Of a stretch of 64,000 bases of DNA, positions 28,151 through 39,961 are shown in pieces. The stretch comes from Burkholderiaceae bacterium (GTDB lineage Bacteria; Pseudomonadota; Gammaproteobacteria; Burkholderiales; Burkholderiaceae_D), in assembly GCA_963666295.1 (NCBI GenBank), contig OY762707.1:570726-634725 (forward strand). The letters are read 5' to 3'. The stretch's first letter is position 1. Each line of letters starts with the position of its first letter. The notes under the pieces are model-generated. The model was not told the origin of the DNA and searched no databases. It saw only the letters and a list, made by a program, of their open reading frames with translations. A program made the position numbers and the translations under genes.

Positions 28151-28741
28151 TCAAGCCCACCTGTCAAAAATTCTGTCGGTCTGTTTGTCGAGTTCAAACG
28201 AGCGCGATGTAAATCCAACGAGACTGTCGCCAAATGCCTCAATTGCAAGAAGCAGAATTTCGCGTGCAAGGGATGTTGAAATTGAATTCTTTGGTGAACA
28301 AAGCGCCCCTTTCTGCTGCTCAACATAAAGCGCCGTTTCCCGAAGAGCGATCATCTCCCCCCGTTTTGCTAGATCAATAAGCTCATTCATCCGGGCTTCA
28401 CCGATCGCCACCTGTAGCCTACTTCCCATAGCAACCGTTGGGCCGAGAGCCAAACGGTGTTTTGTCCCGTGTTTGTATAGTGGATCTTTCGATCTTTTAA
28501 CTGGATTCACCCCGCTTCTGAACGTGCCCACATGGACTTTAGAGGTTTCTTCAAGTGCAGTAATGCTGAGAAAGAGCGCAGTTGCGTGCGAACCCATAGC
28601 TAGAAGTGTTGACGCATCCTCAAGAAGTTGAACTATGTGCTCACAGGCTTCGTCAAATTCCTCTGTTGTGTTGCATAACTTCTCTCCGACAGCGGCAGCG
28701 TCTTTAACGGCAAGCCACCACTCTATGGACGAATTGATCAT
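28151..28741 (-). CDS. AbiV-like (HEPN-type) abortive-infection protein candidate
   Basis: 196 aa. LLEDASTLLAMGSHATALFLSITALEETSKV matches the AbiV-family pattern (A..L...g.y..A.fL.i.A.EE.gK). The size matches AbiV. Confidence 0.5.
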   Translation of the reverse strand: MINSSIEWWLAVKDAAAVGEKLCNTTEEFDEACEHIVQLLEDASTLLAMGSHATALFLSITALEETSKVHVGTFRSGVNPVKRSKDPLYKHGTKHRLALGPTVAMGSRLQVAIGEARMNELIDLAKRGEMIALRETALYVEQQKGALCSPKNSISTSLAREILLLAIEAFGDSLVGFTSRSFELDKQTDRIFDRWA

Positions 28742-28878
28742 GTTGAGGAATTAAATTGTTATGGTCGAAAGTTTGCATATTAGCATTGTCGAATGAGAAG
28801 AAAATCCAGATCTGAACGACAGCTTCATTGCTGGGTTAAGGCGGTGATGGTTGCCAAGGTAAAGGTCTGCTTTGGCCG

Positions 28879-30504
28879 GTGGCTGTGTGAAAACGCTGTT
28901 TTAAACAGGTGAAAATGGAGTGTGATGAGCCTATCCTTCTAGGATAATAGTGGTAGCTATTATCAGGAGGCGGCATGAAAAGATTTGTAGAAGGTGCAGA
29001 TCGTAGTCAGGTCACTTTGCTTCCGGAATCAATTGATGATTTCGTCACTGAAGACAATCCTGTACGTGCAGTAGACGCATTTGTTGATTCACTCGATCTG
29101 GCGTCACTTGGCTTTGACGGAGTAAACCCCGCGCAAACGGGACGGCCATCCTATCATCCATCGGTACTGCTGAAGATATACATCTACGGATACCTAAATC
29201 GTGTCCATTCCACGCGACGTCTTGAGCGCGAAGCACAGCGCAATCTTGAACTGATGTGGCTGGTTAATCGGCTGGCACCTGACTTCAAGACAATTGCAGA
29301 TTTTCGCAAGAATAACGGAGCGGGAATTCGCAATGCGTGCCGACAGTTTGTGTTTCTCTGCCGCGAAATCGGCTTGTTTGCGAACGCAGTCGTGGCAATC
29401 GATGGCTGCAAGTTCAGAGCTGTTAATGCGCATAACCGCAATTTCACGCGAGGCAAGGTTGCCAAGCGCCTTGCGCAAATTGACCAGTGCATTGATCGTT
29501 ACATGGGTGAACTCGATACCGCAGATCGCCAAGAGTCTGATATTGCCGAAGCAAGAACCTCTCGCCTCAATGAGAAGATCAAGACCATGAAGGCGCAGAT
29601 GGAGAAGTTCAAACAGATTCAGGAACATCTGGAAGAGGTGCCAGGGAAACAGATTTCCCTGACTGATCCAGACGCTCGCGCCATGGCCACCAGTACAAGT
29701 CGAGGCCTGGTGGGTTACAACGTTCAAACTGCGGTCGATACAACCCACCACCTGATAGTGGCTCATGAAGTTACCAATAGTGGCAGCGACCGTCGACAGT
29801 TATCCAAGATGGCAATGCAAGCCAAGGTTGCCATGGCAGCCAATGATTTGCACGCTATTGCAGATCGCGGTTACTTCAACGGTGAAGAGATCGTCGCCTG
29901 TGAACAAAACGGAATTACGCCTCTTGTTTCCAAGTCGACGACATCCAGCGCGAAAGCTGACGGGCGCTTTGACAAGGAAGACTTCATCTTCGATGCAAAT
30001 GCTGGTGAGTACAAATGCCCTGCTGGCAAACGGTTGATTTGGCGGTTCTCCACGGAGGAACGTGGCGGATTAATTCATAAATACTGGAGTTCTGAGTGCC
30101 CCAGTTGCGAAATTCGCGACAAATGCACGACCAGCAAAAATCGTCGCGTTAGTCGTTATGACCACGAATCAACCCTTGAGGCGATGCAAAGGCGGCTCGA
30201 CCTGAATCCGGGGCTTATGCGTATTAGGCAACGCACCGTTGAACACCCCTTCGGCACCATAAAAGAGTGGATGGGAGCAAATCACTTTCTAACCAGGCGG
30301 CTAGAAGGTGCAGGAACTGAGATGAGTTTGCACGTTTTGGCCTATAACATGAAGCGAGTCATGAAAATCATGGGAGTTTCCAGACTAATGGAGGCCATGG
30401 CGGCATGATGGCCGCTTTTTTTCATAATCCTGACCTATAATTTCTGCTGAATCTGACTGGACCAAGCACTTCGCGCTTCACGATCAATGTGTTTTCACAC
30501 AGTC
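28879..30504 (+). mobile_element. IS1182-family insertion sequence, copy 2 (inverted relative to copy 1)
   Basis: 1626 bp, same IR core. Flanked by the 6-bp direct repeat TGGCCG (28873-28878 and 30505-30510). Confidence 0.85.
28975..30408 (+). CDS. IS1182-family DDE transposase
   Basis: 477 aa, identical to the 16307..17740 product. Confidence 0.9.
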   Translation: MKRFVEGADRSQVTLLPESIDDFVTEDNPVRAVDAFVDSLDLASLGFDGVNPAQTGRPSYHPSVLLKIYIYGYLNRVHSTRRLEREAQRNLELMWLVNRLAPDFKTIADFRKNNGAGIRNACRQFVFLCREIGLFANAVVAIDGCKFRAVNAHNRNFTRGKVAKRLAQIDQCIDRYMGELDTADRQESDIAEARTSRLNEKIKTMKAQMEKFKQIQEHLEEVPGKQISLTDPDARAMATSTSRGLVGYNVQTAVDTTHHLIVAHEVTNSGSDRRQLSKMAMQAKVAMAANDLHAIADRGYFNGEEIVACEQNGITPLVSKSTTSSAKADGRFDKEDFIFDANAGEYKCPAGKRLIWRFSTEERGGLIHKYWSSECPSCEIRDKCTTSKNRRVSRYDHESTLEAMQRRLDLNPGLMRIRQRTVEHPFGTIKEWMGANHFLTRRLEGAGTEMSLHVLAYNMKRVMKIMGVSRLMEAMAA

Positions 30505-30605
30505 TGGCCGAGCAGCTGTCGTAAGTCGTATGGCAGGTTTTAGATCATTTCAGATTTATAGTGCGGGTATACAGCGCCACCAAGCTCTCCCATTTTGAAA
30601 AACTA

Positions 30606-30634
30606 ATAAAAAACCCTCCACCGAAGCGGAGGGT
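30606..30634 (-). terminator. rho-independent terminator of nrdJ
   Basis: On the minus strand, CCCTCCGC-TTCG-GTGGAGGG followed by TTTTTT. Confidence 0.65.
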
Positions 30635-30650
30635 TATGGTTTCATCTTAC

Positions 30651-30735
30651 TAGCAACTTATGCCCGCAAAACTAGCAGCTTATGGGTGCAAACTTGCAGC
30701 TTATGCCCGCACTCACATATGCCCGCACTCACACA
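30651..30735. repeat. imperfect short tandem repeats in the nrdJ 3' UTR
   Basis: GCTTATGCCCGCA-type units at 30657, 30677 (variant GCTTATGGGTGCA) and 30699. ATGCCCGCACTCACA is duplicated in tandem at 30703-30717 and 30719-30733. Confidence 0.5.
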
Positions 30736-30746
30736 AGAAATGCGGG

Positions 30747-33700
30747 CTAACCACAACTTCCAATTGCACCACAAGCCGTACAGAAGTCGCAGCCATCCTT
30801 GCGAATCAAGGCCATGTTGCCGCATTCACGGCACAGTCGGCCGTGCAACAATGGCGCTGGTTTGGCAGCGTGTTTCGGATCTTCCGTCACAACACCCATG
30901 CTGATTCTTGGCATGCCCTCTTCATTCAGAATACCAAGCATCGCATAACGGTGAATGACTAACTGAGCAATGTAGGCGACGGTGGATGGGTAGCTCGCCA
31001 TTTTTTCGCTGCCTGGCACACGCGCAAGAAAATCGCCGCGTGGCTCGGCATAGTTCAACAGCTTGCGCAATTTCATGCCGATCCATGCTGGGTCAACCAC
31101 ACGCATATCTACACTGAGCAGCTTGCACAAGCCATCCAATGTGCGCGGATGCCCTCCGGTCAACCCCATGCTGTATGGTCGGCGTGTACCGTCCGGCATT
31201 TCCAGTTCCTTGAGCATCAGCACAAATTCATCATCCGTCGAAGGGTTACGTACATCAGCCACCCATGCCAGCGTGCCATCCGTGCCCGTTTTTGGCTCAT
31301 GCGGCGCAAAGAGTGCGTCCAACACTGGGGTTTGGTCATTCTCTTCGTAATCCAGGGCGCCCAGCTGGTTGTAGCGCCATTTCACGAGTTTTGCCAATGC
31401 AGCAGTTGCGCTCGGCACTTGCACCATTTCGCCATTTGGCGGCATCGGCATGTAAAACGGATCGCCATAAGCTTGCTCCAGCATCGTGAAGCGCTTGTTC
31501 AGCCAACCCCTGTCATTCGCACGCATGTCACTGGAAAGCGTCTTGGCAATCGCATCCAGGCCACGCGGCGGCTGACCGCCCAGCACCCAGACCTCAAACG
31601 GAATACCCCCATGATCCGAGACCACCACCGCGAATTCACCTTGCGGCGTCTGAATTTGCTCACTGACCCAACCGGACGCGCCTGCAGGCAAACCGGGACG
31701 CGACGGCCAGCGTAGCGATGCTAAGGGCGGTGACATCGCCACTTCTTTCAAAATCATGCGGCGATCTTGCTCGGACAAGGTGATTGGTTGTTCATTCACT
31801 GGCTCGGATTCAATGGCCGGCACCGAAAGCACGGCTCCCAGCACGCTATTCGGGCGATAGGTCGTGATGCCTTTCAAACCCTTGCGCCAAGCTTCCATGT
31901 AAAGATCTTTGAAATCCTCATACGGATAGTCTTCTGCCACGTTTACAGTCTTGGAAATCGCCGCATCAATAAATGGCGCCACATCTGCCACCATCAGCAT
32001 GTGGTCAATGGCAGATATCTCCAGTGCCGAAACGAAAGCAGACGGCAGATTACTGGTGTCGTGACCCATCGCACGATAAACGCGGTATGCGTGATCTTCT
32101 ACGGTGTAATCTTTCTTGCTGCCATCTGGCATGCGCTTGGTACGGTTGTAAAACCATGAAAACGCCGGTTCAATCCCGTTAGAAGCATTATCAGCAAACG
32201 CCAGCGAGATCGTGCCAGTCGGCGCAATCGAAGTCAGATGCGAGTTACGAATGCCATGCTCACGGATATCTGTTTTCAACGCTTCCGGCAGACGCGCGAC
32301 AAAATCGCTTTGCAGGTATTTTTCAACATCCAGCATTGGGAAAGCCCCACGCTCTTTCGAGAGTTCGACCGAAGCGGCGTAAGATGCGTCACGCATCATG
32401 CGCGCAATTCGGGCTGAAAGCCTGCGTCCTTGATCAGAGTCATAACGCACGCCCAGCATGATCAGCGCATCACCCAACCCGGTAAAGCCCAAGCCTATGC
32501 GGCGCTTCGCCTCGGCTTCTTTCGCCTGCGCCTCCAGCGGCCAGCGGGTTGCGGTCAACACATTATCCAGCATGCGTACCGCAATTCTGGTTACTTTCGC
32601 CATCAAATCAAAATCGAATGAAGGCTCTACTGAAAAAGGATCCTTCACATAAGCCGTCAGATTGAGGCTACCAAGACAGCAACAGCCGTAATCCGGCAAT
32701 GGCTGTTCACCGCAGTTGTGAATATATAAACCGTTTCCATCGAAAGCGTTAACTCCTGGAATCTGAACGTCATAAACCGTTTCCACACCATCACGCTCAA
32801 TTGATTCAACCACCGCTGTAAAACGTTCACGATTCAATGCTCGCTGATAACCGCCTAATAGCTTGACCAGCCTTTGTTGCTTGTCAACATCAGCAAAACC
32901 AATGCGCTCGTTGAAAAGCGCCAGGTTGTCTCCGGAAATATTCAACTCGTGCAAAACCTGCGTTTCGTAAAAGGCGCTTTCCCCTTTTCCGTCTGGCAGC
33001 AACTTCAGTAAAGGCTGATCCCCCTTGCGGTTGTTGTAAATGGTTGAGGCTATTCCGAAGCGCAATAGCATGCGCTGTACCCTTACGAGCGTTTCCCTGT
33101 TTGTCTGAGTAAGGCGCACACTTACCCCTTTTTTCTGGCAACCTTGTATGGAACCATCCGCATCAAACAAACCGCGCAGAAAACCGGCATGGAACTCAGA
33201 TGATGTTGCATCAAGCGCATCCGTCATCTGCTTTGCACCTAGACGCATGCCCATTTCATAGGCAAGATCACGCAAACCCGTACTCTTCATGCGGTATTCG
33301 CCACGGCCGGCAACCGCCGCAAACCCTGAGAAATCTGCACGTGTCCTGATTTCCTGCATCGCTGCTTCGGCAGCCAGCATCACACTGTTTTTTACAACCG
33401 CATCGGCACCATTTGCCTGCGCAGCCTTTTGCTTGTGCCAAACGCTTATCACAGCGCCATCTGCTTTCAATGTGCCATCACCCAAAAGCAAGCCCAACAA
33501 ATAGCCTTGTGCCTCAGTGTGTTGCCCCTCCCAACCCTGAACAGCGCGATGGTTGTGCAAAGCGACCCGATCTCCCGGTGCGAGTTGCCCTGCCTCAACC
33601 CATTCCACCTCCTGACGATAACGCGTTTGCGTCACCACGCGACGCACCAAATGGTTGGCTGTCAAGCGTAGCGAATAGCCTTCTCTGGTTTGCAAACGCA

Positions 33701-34736
33701 AAACCGGTTTCTCGCCAGTAGCAAAAAAACCTGTGGCGCCTGACAGGAATTCCTGCCCGTTAACAAGTGCACAAAAAGGGGTGCCAACCAGATCCGAAAC
33801 CTGCCGCGGCCCTTCCGCCGTTGCCACCCATGAATCTGCCGTGACACAAGGATTGGTTGACTCGATTTTTTCACAGTAAGCCAGATTGTTTTCTTGATTG
33901 ATGCGGTCAATGAAAAGCACCCCGGGCTCGGCTGCGTTGTAAGTGCTTTGCATGATGAGTTCCCAAACCACTCTTGCACGGAGTTTCTGGTACACCCATT
34001 TGCCATCTTCGCGCTTGTAAGCCCCCTCCAGCTTCAGCTCCTCAGTCGGCTCTGCAATGTGCGCCAGTTCATATTCCTCATCCGCTTCAACCGCACGCAT
34101 AAATGCATCTGTTACACCCACGGACACATTGAAGTTGTTCAACTGGCCTCTTTCCTGTTTAACAGTCACAAATTGCAGAATATCCGGATGCTCGACATCC
34201 AGCACGGCCATTTGTGCGCCGCGACGCGCGCCAGCTGATTCGACCGTCTCGCACGAGCGGTCAAATACTTTCATGTATGAAATCGGACCCGAGGCACTGC
34301 TGCCTGTTCCCTTAACTCTCGCCCCTTTGGGGCGAATGGCAGAAAAATTGTAGCCAACACCACCGCCACGACGCATGGTTTCAGCAGCCTCGGCCAGCGC
34401 GTCATAAATACCGGGCTTGCCGCCTTCTTTTTTTGTGATGGAATCGCCAACTGGCTGAACAAAGCAGTTGATCAGTGTAGTATCCAGCCCGGTTCCCGCC
34501 GCGCTACTCACCCGGCCGGCAGGTATGAATCCGTTTTGCATCGCCCACAAAAATTCCTGCGAATGCTTCAAACGACTTTTTTCTGCTTCAACTTCAGAAA
34601 GCGCTCTGGCGACCCGCGCCATCACCTCTTCGGTGGTTGATTCGTTATCTCTCGCGTATTTCTCTATCAAGACTTCGGTGGAAATTTCTTGCGGCTCAAA
34701 CAAACCCTCAATTGCGGCGCGCTCTTTGTTGTGCAT
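30747..34736 (-). CDS. nrdJ: class II (adenosylcobalamin-dependent) ribonucleotide reductase, interrupted by an intein
   Basis: 1329 aa. The NrdJ motif TNPCGEQPL is split as ...ESTNP / intein / CGEQPLPDYG. C-terminal Cys-rich tail CRECGN...CDFCTACG. The extein totals 951 aa. Confidence 0.9.
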   Translation of the reverse strand: MHNKERAAIEGLFEPQEISTEVLIEKYARDNESTTEEVMARVARALSEVEAEKSRLKHSQEFLWAMQNGFIPAGRVSSAAGTGLDTTLINCFVQPVGDSITKKEGGKPGIYDALAEAAETMRRGGGVGYNFSAIRPKGARVKGTGSSASGPISYMKVFDRSCETVESAGARRGAQMAVLDVEHPDILQFVTVKQERGQLNNFNVSVGVTDAFMRAVEADEEYELAHIAEPTEELKLEGAYKREDGKWVYQKLRARVVWELIMQSTYNAAEPGVLFIDRINQENNLAYCEKIESTNPCVTADSWVATAEGPRQVSDLVGTPFCALVNGQEFLSGATGFFATGEKPVLRLQTREGYSLRLTANHLVRRVVTQTRYRQEVEWVEAGQLAPGDRVALHNHRAVQGWEGQHTEAQGYLLGLLLGDGTLKADGAVISVWHKQKAAQANGADAVVKNSVMLAAEAAMQEIRTRADFSGFAAVAGRGEYRMKSTGLRDLAYEMGMRLGAKQMTDALDATSSEFHAGFLRGLFDADGSIQGCQKKGVSVRLTQTNRETLVRVQRMLLRFGIASTIYNNRKGDQPLLKLLPDGKGESAFYETQVLHELNISGDNLALFNERIGFADVDKQQRLVKLLGGYQRALNRERFTAVVESIERDGVETVYDVQIPGVNAFDGNGLYIHNCGEQPLPDYGCCCLGSLNLTAYVKDPFSVEPSFDFDLMAKVTRIAVRMLDNVLTATRWPLEAQAKEAEAKRRIGLGFTGLGDALIMLGVRYDSDQGRRLSARIARMMRDASYAASVELSKERGAFPMLDVEKYLQSDFVARLPEALKTDIREHGIRNSHLTSIAPTGTISLAFADNASNGIEPAFSWFYNRTKRMPDGSKKDYTVEDHAYRVYRAMGHDTSNLPSAFVSALEISAIDHMLMVADVAPFIDAAISKTVNVAEDYPYEDFKDLYMEAWRKGLKGITTYRPNSVLGAVLSVPAIESEPVNEQPITLSEQDRRMILKEVAMSPPLASLRWPSRPGLPAGASGWVSEQIQTPQGEFAVVVSDHGGIPFEVWVLGGQPPRGLDAIAKTLSSDMRANDRGWLNKRFTMLEQAYGDPFYMPMPPNGEMVQVPSATAALAKLVKWRYNQLGALDYEENDQTPVLDALFAPHEPKTGTDGTLAWVADVRNPSTDDEFVLMLKELEMPDGTRRPYSMGLTGGHPRTLDGLCKLLSVDMRVVDPAWIGMKLRKLLNYAEPRGDFLARVPGSEKMASYPSTVAYIAQLVIHRYAMLGILNEEGMPRISMGVVTEDPKHAAKPAPLLHGRLCRECGNMALIRKDGCDFCTACGAIGSCG
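32715..33848 (-). mobile_element. intein with LAGLIDADG homing-endonuclease domain (aa 297-674 of NrdJ precursor)
   Basis: Starts with Cys (CVTADSWV) and ends YIHN, followed by +1 Cys. Block B is LTANH. Two LAGLIDADG motifs, YLLGLLLGDG and GFLRGLFDADG. Codons at both junctions were checked in the DNA. Confidence 0.85.
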
Positions 34737-34855
34737 TTATTGCTCCTTGGAAAGTCTTGAAACGGTCACTCTTTAATTGACAAACAGTGTAATTCTAAAA
34801 TGCGTCACACGCATAAAAACCGCCCTTCAATGGCGGCATAACAATTAAAGCCTTA

Positions 34856-34881
34856 AAATAAAAAGCCCCCGGATCGGGGGC
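34856..34881 (-). terminator. rho-independent terminator of etfBA
   Basis: On the minus strand, GCCCCCG-ATC-CGGGGGC followed by a T run (TTTTTATTTT). Confidence 0.7.
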
Positions 34882-34889
34882 GTTGAGAA

Positions 34890-35822
34890 CTACCCCAATG
34901 CAGCTAGCAACTTGGGGACTTCCTCAAACAGATCGCCTATCAAGCCGTAGTCCGACACCAGGAAAATAGGTGCATCCGGATCGGTATTGATGGCCACGAT
35001 GGTTTTCGAATCCTTGATCCCGGCCAGATGCTGAATCGCACCAGAAAGCCCCACGCCGATATAAAGATCGGGCGCAATGATTTTTCCAGTCTGACCAATC
35101 TGCCAGTCATTCGGCACATAACCTGCATCAACAGCAGATCTTGAGGCACCCACCGCCGCGCCCAACCGGTCTGCCAGTTGCAAAATCAAGCCGACATTTT
35201 CGGCCGAACCGATACCACGTCCAACAGCTACCACCACTTTGGCAGCAGGCAACTCCGGGCGATCTGACCCCGCCACCTCACGCGAAACGAAACGTGATTT
35301 ACCAAAAGCCGCCACCGCTTCAACATTGCTGATGGAAGCTGCGCCACCCATTTCCTGCGCGGGCTCGAAGCAAGTCGTGCGCACAGTAATCACCTTTACC
35401 GAATCACCAGACTGCACGGTCTCGATCGCATTGCCCGCATAAATCGTACGCTCGAAAGTGTCTGGAGAAATGATCTGAATAGCTTCAGAAATCTGCGCCA
35501 CATCCAGCCTGGCCGCCACGCGTGGCAAAAGATTTTTACCAAAGGCGGAAGCAGGGGCAAGAATATGCGAGTATCCTTCTGCCAGCGCCATCACCTGCTC
35601 TGCCACATTTTCGGCCAAGCCATCGGCAAAATGCGGCGCGTCTGCAATCAATACCTTGCTGACACCCACGATAGATGCCGCTGCCTGCGCAACAGCCGCG
35701 CTGTCGTGACCCGCCACCAGGACGTGAACCTCATCCCCGCAAGCTGTTGCTGCAGTAACGGTATTGAATGTACCCGCCTTGAGGGCGGCATTATCATGTT
35801 CGGCAATGACCAGTACAGCCAT
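34890..35822 (-). CDS. etfA: electron transfer flavoprotein alpha subunit
   Basis: 310 aa. Typical EtfA sequence (C-terminal FAD-binding IGQTGKIIAPDLYIGVGLSGAIQH). Confidence 0.9.
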   Translation of the reverse strand: MAVLVIAEHDNAALKAGTFNTVTAATACGDEVHVLVAGHDSAAVAQAAASIVGVSKVLIADAPHFADGLAENVAEQVMALAEGYSHILAPASAFGKNLLPRVAARLDVAQISEAIQIISPDTFERTIYAGNAIETVQSGDSVKVITVRTTCFEPAQEMGGAASISNVEAVAAFGKSRFVSREVAGSDRPELPAAKVVVAVGRGIGSAENVGLILQLADRLGAAVGASRSAVDAGYVPNDWQIGQTGKIIAPDLYIGVGLSGAIQHLAGIKDSKTIVAINTDPDAPIFLVSDYGLIGDLFEEVPKLLAALG

Positions 35823-35876
35823 GATTCTTTCCTGAGTTAATGGAGCAGCGCGTTCTCTGCTCTGCCCCGATGTTCT

Positions 35877-36626
35877 TTAGATGATTTTTGCTTCCGTCCT
35901 GAGCTTTTCTACCAGCGTCGCCACATCCGGCACCATGATACCCGCAGCCCGCGCTGGCGGCTCGGCAACCTTGACCGTTTTCAGGCGCGGCATCACGTCC
36001 ACCCCCAACTCCGAAGCCGTCACCGTTTCCATCGGTTTTTTCTTGGCTTTCATGATGTTGGGCAAGGTCACGTAGCGCGGCTCGTTCAAGCGCAAATCAG
36101 CGGTCACGACCGCAGGCAAATCCAGTTCCAGCGTTTCCTGACCACCATCCATTTCACGCGTTACCGTCACCTTGTCGCCCTCAACGGTCACCTTAGAAGC
36201 AAACGTTGCCTGCGGCCAGCCCAGAAGCGCAGCCAGCATCTGACCTGTCTGGTTGGCATCGTCATCCGTTGCCTGCTTGCCCATAATAATCAGCCTGGGT
36301 TGCTCCTTGTCTGCCACCGCCTTGAGTAATTTGGCAACTGCAAGCGGCTGCAATTCCGCATCCGTTTCCGCCAGAACAGCCCGGTCAGCCCCAATCGCCA
36401 TTGCGATACGCAAGGTGTCCTGTGCTCCCGCCACACCACACGAAACGGCCACCACCTCGGTTGCGTAACCGTCTTCTTTCTGGCGCACGGCCTCTTCCAT
36501 CGCGATCTCGTCAAATGGGTTCATTGACATCTTGACGTTTGCGGTATCAACACCGCTCCCGTCCGATTTAACCCGCACCTTGACGTTGTAATCTACCACG
36601 CGCTTCACTGGCACCATGATCTTCAT
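35877..36626 (-). CDS. etfB: electron transfer flavoprotein beta subunit
   Basis: 249 aa. [20 protein letters not shown]-terminus is typical of EtfB. Confidence 0.9.
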   Translation of the reverse strand: MKIMVPVKRVVDYNVKVRVKSDGSGVDTANVKMSMNPFDEIAMEEAVRQKEDGYATEVVAVSCGVAGAQDTLRIAMAIGADRAVLAETDAELQPLAVAKLLKAVADKEQPRLIIMGKQATDDDANQTGQMLAALLGWPQATFASKVTVEGDKVTVTREMDGGQETLELDLPAVVTADLRLNEPRYVTLPNIMKAKKKPMETVTASELGVDVMPRLKTVKVAEPPARAAGIMVPDVATLVEKLRTEAKII

Positions 36627-36718
36627 TACAAAACCTCTAAAACAAAATTGCTAATTAAAACCGTCAAATTATAAAAACACTGCGCCGATTCGTCATGCAA
36701 AAAAATCGCTCCGTGCCT

Positions 36719-36946
36719 TTATTTCCGCTTTATAAAAAATTCGTATTCTTCGCCCTGCTCATTCACTGACAGGAGTTCATTACCCGTCTGGATGGAAAAT
36801 GCCTGAAAATCGCGCAGCGACCCAGAATCCGTTGTCACTACGCGCAGCACTTCACCGCCTTCCATATTCGCCAACGCCTTTTTGGCTTTCAGGATTGGGA
36901 GCGGACAAGTCAATCCGCGCGCATCAACTTCAGAATGAAACTCCAT
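36719..36946 (-). CDS. TusA/SirA-family sulfurtransferase
   Basis: 75 aa. DARGLTCPLPILK active-site Cys-Pro motif. Confidence 0.8.
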   Translation of the reverse strand: MEFHSEVDARGLTCPLPILKAKKALANMEGGEVLRVVTTDSGSLRDFQAFSIQTGNELLSVNEQGEEYEFFIKRK

Positions 36947-36978
36947 CTTTTCACCTTCAATTCATAAATGGCAGAACA

Positions 36979-39588
<2,610 letters not shown>

Positions 39589-39961
39589 GATTCGATAAAA
39601 ATGTAAAAAGGGAGCAGCAAACCAAAGATTATAAGGGATAACGCCACCTCGCATTCACAAGTAAACCGATCCATTTGCAGAAACAAACCACAGCCCGAAA
39701 CAATTTCCGCACGGCAATCATTTTCGGTTATGTTCTTGTTTATGATTTACATCAACGCTTAATGGTAAGATTTCGTCATTTTGCTATTGGCAGGAAGTGC
39801 TTATTAATGTTAGATCGTTTCATGCCGTTAGATATCGAGATGTGCCTATGTAAGCAGCGTAAAATGCAAAAATTAGACTGATTAATATGCCTTTAATCAA
39901 ATTGTGCTAATACCTCTAATGCTATAGTCGCTACCAACAAAATTGGAGAACCCGTTTAATC

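Noticed and set aside
16211-30504. Composite transposon formed by the two inverted IS1182 copies carrying the 11-kb defence cargo
   Set aside because: The outer flanks (CGGTCA at 16205-16210, TGGCCG at 30505-30510) do not match each other. Each copy instead has its own intact 6-bp duplication. The copies therefore inserted separately into pre-existing DNA.
30660-30962. 100-aa plus-strand ORF overlapping the nrdJ 3' end
   Set aside because: It spans the non-coding tandem repeats and runs antisense into the conserved nrdJ C-terminal Cys tail. It looks spurious.
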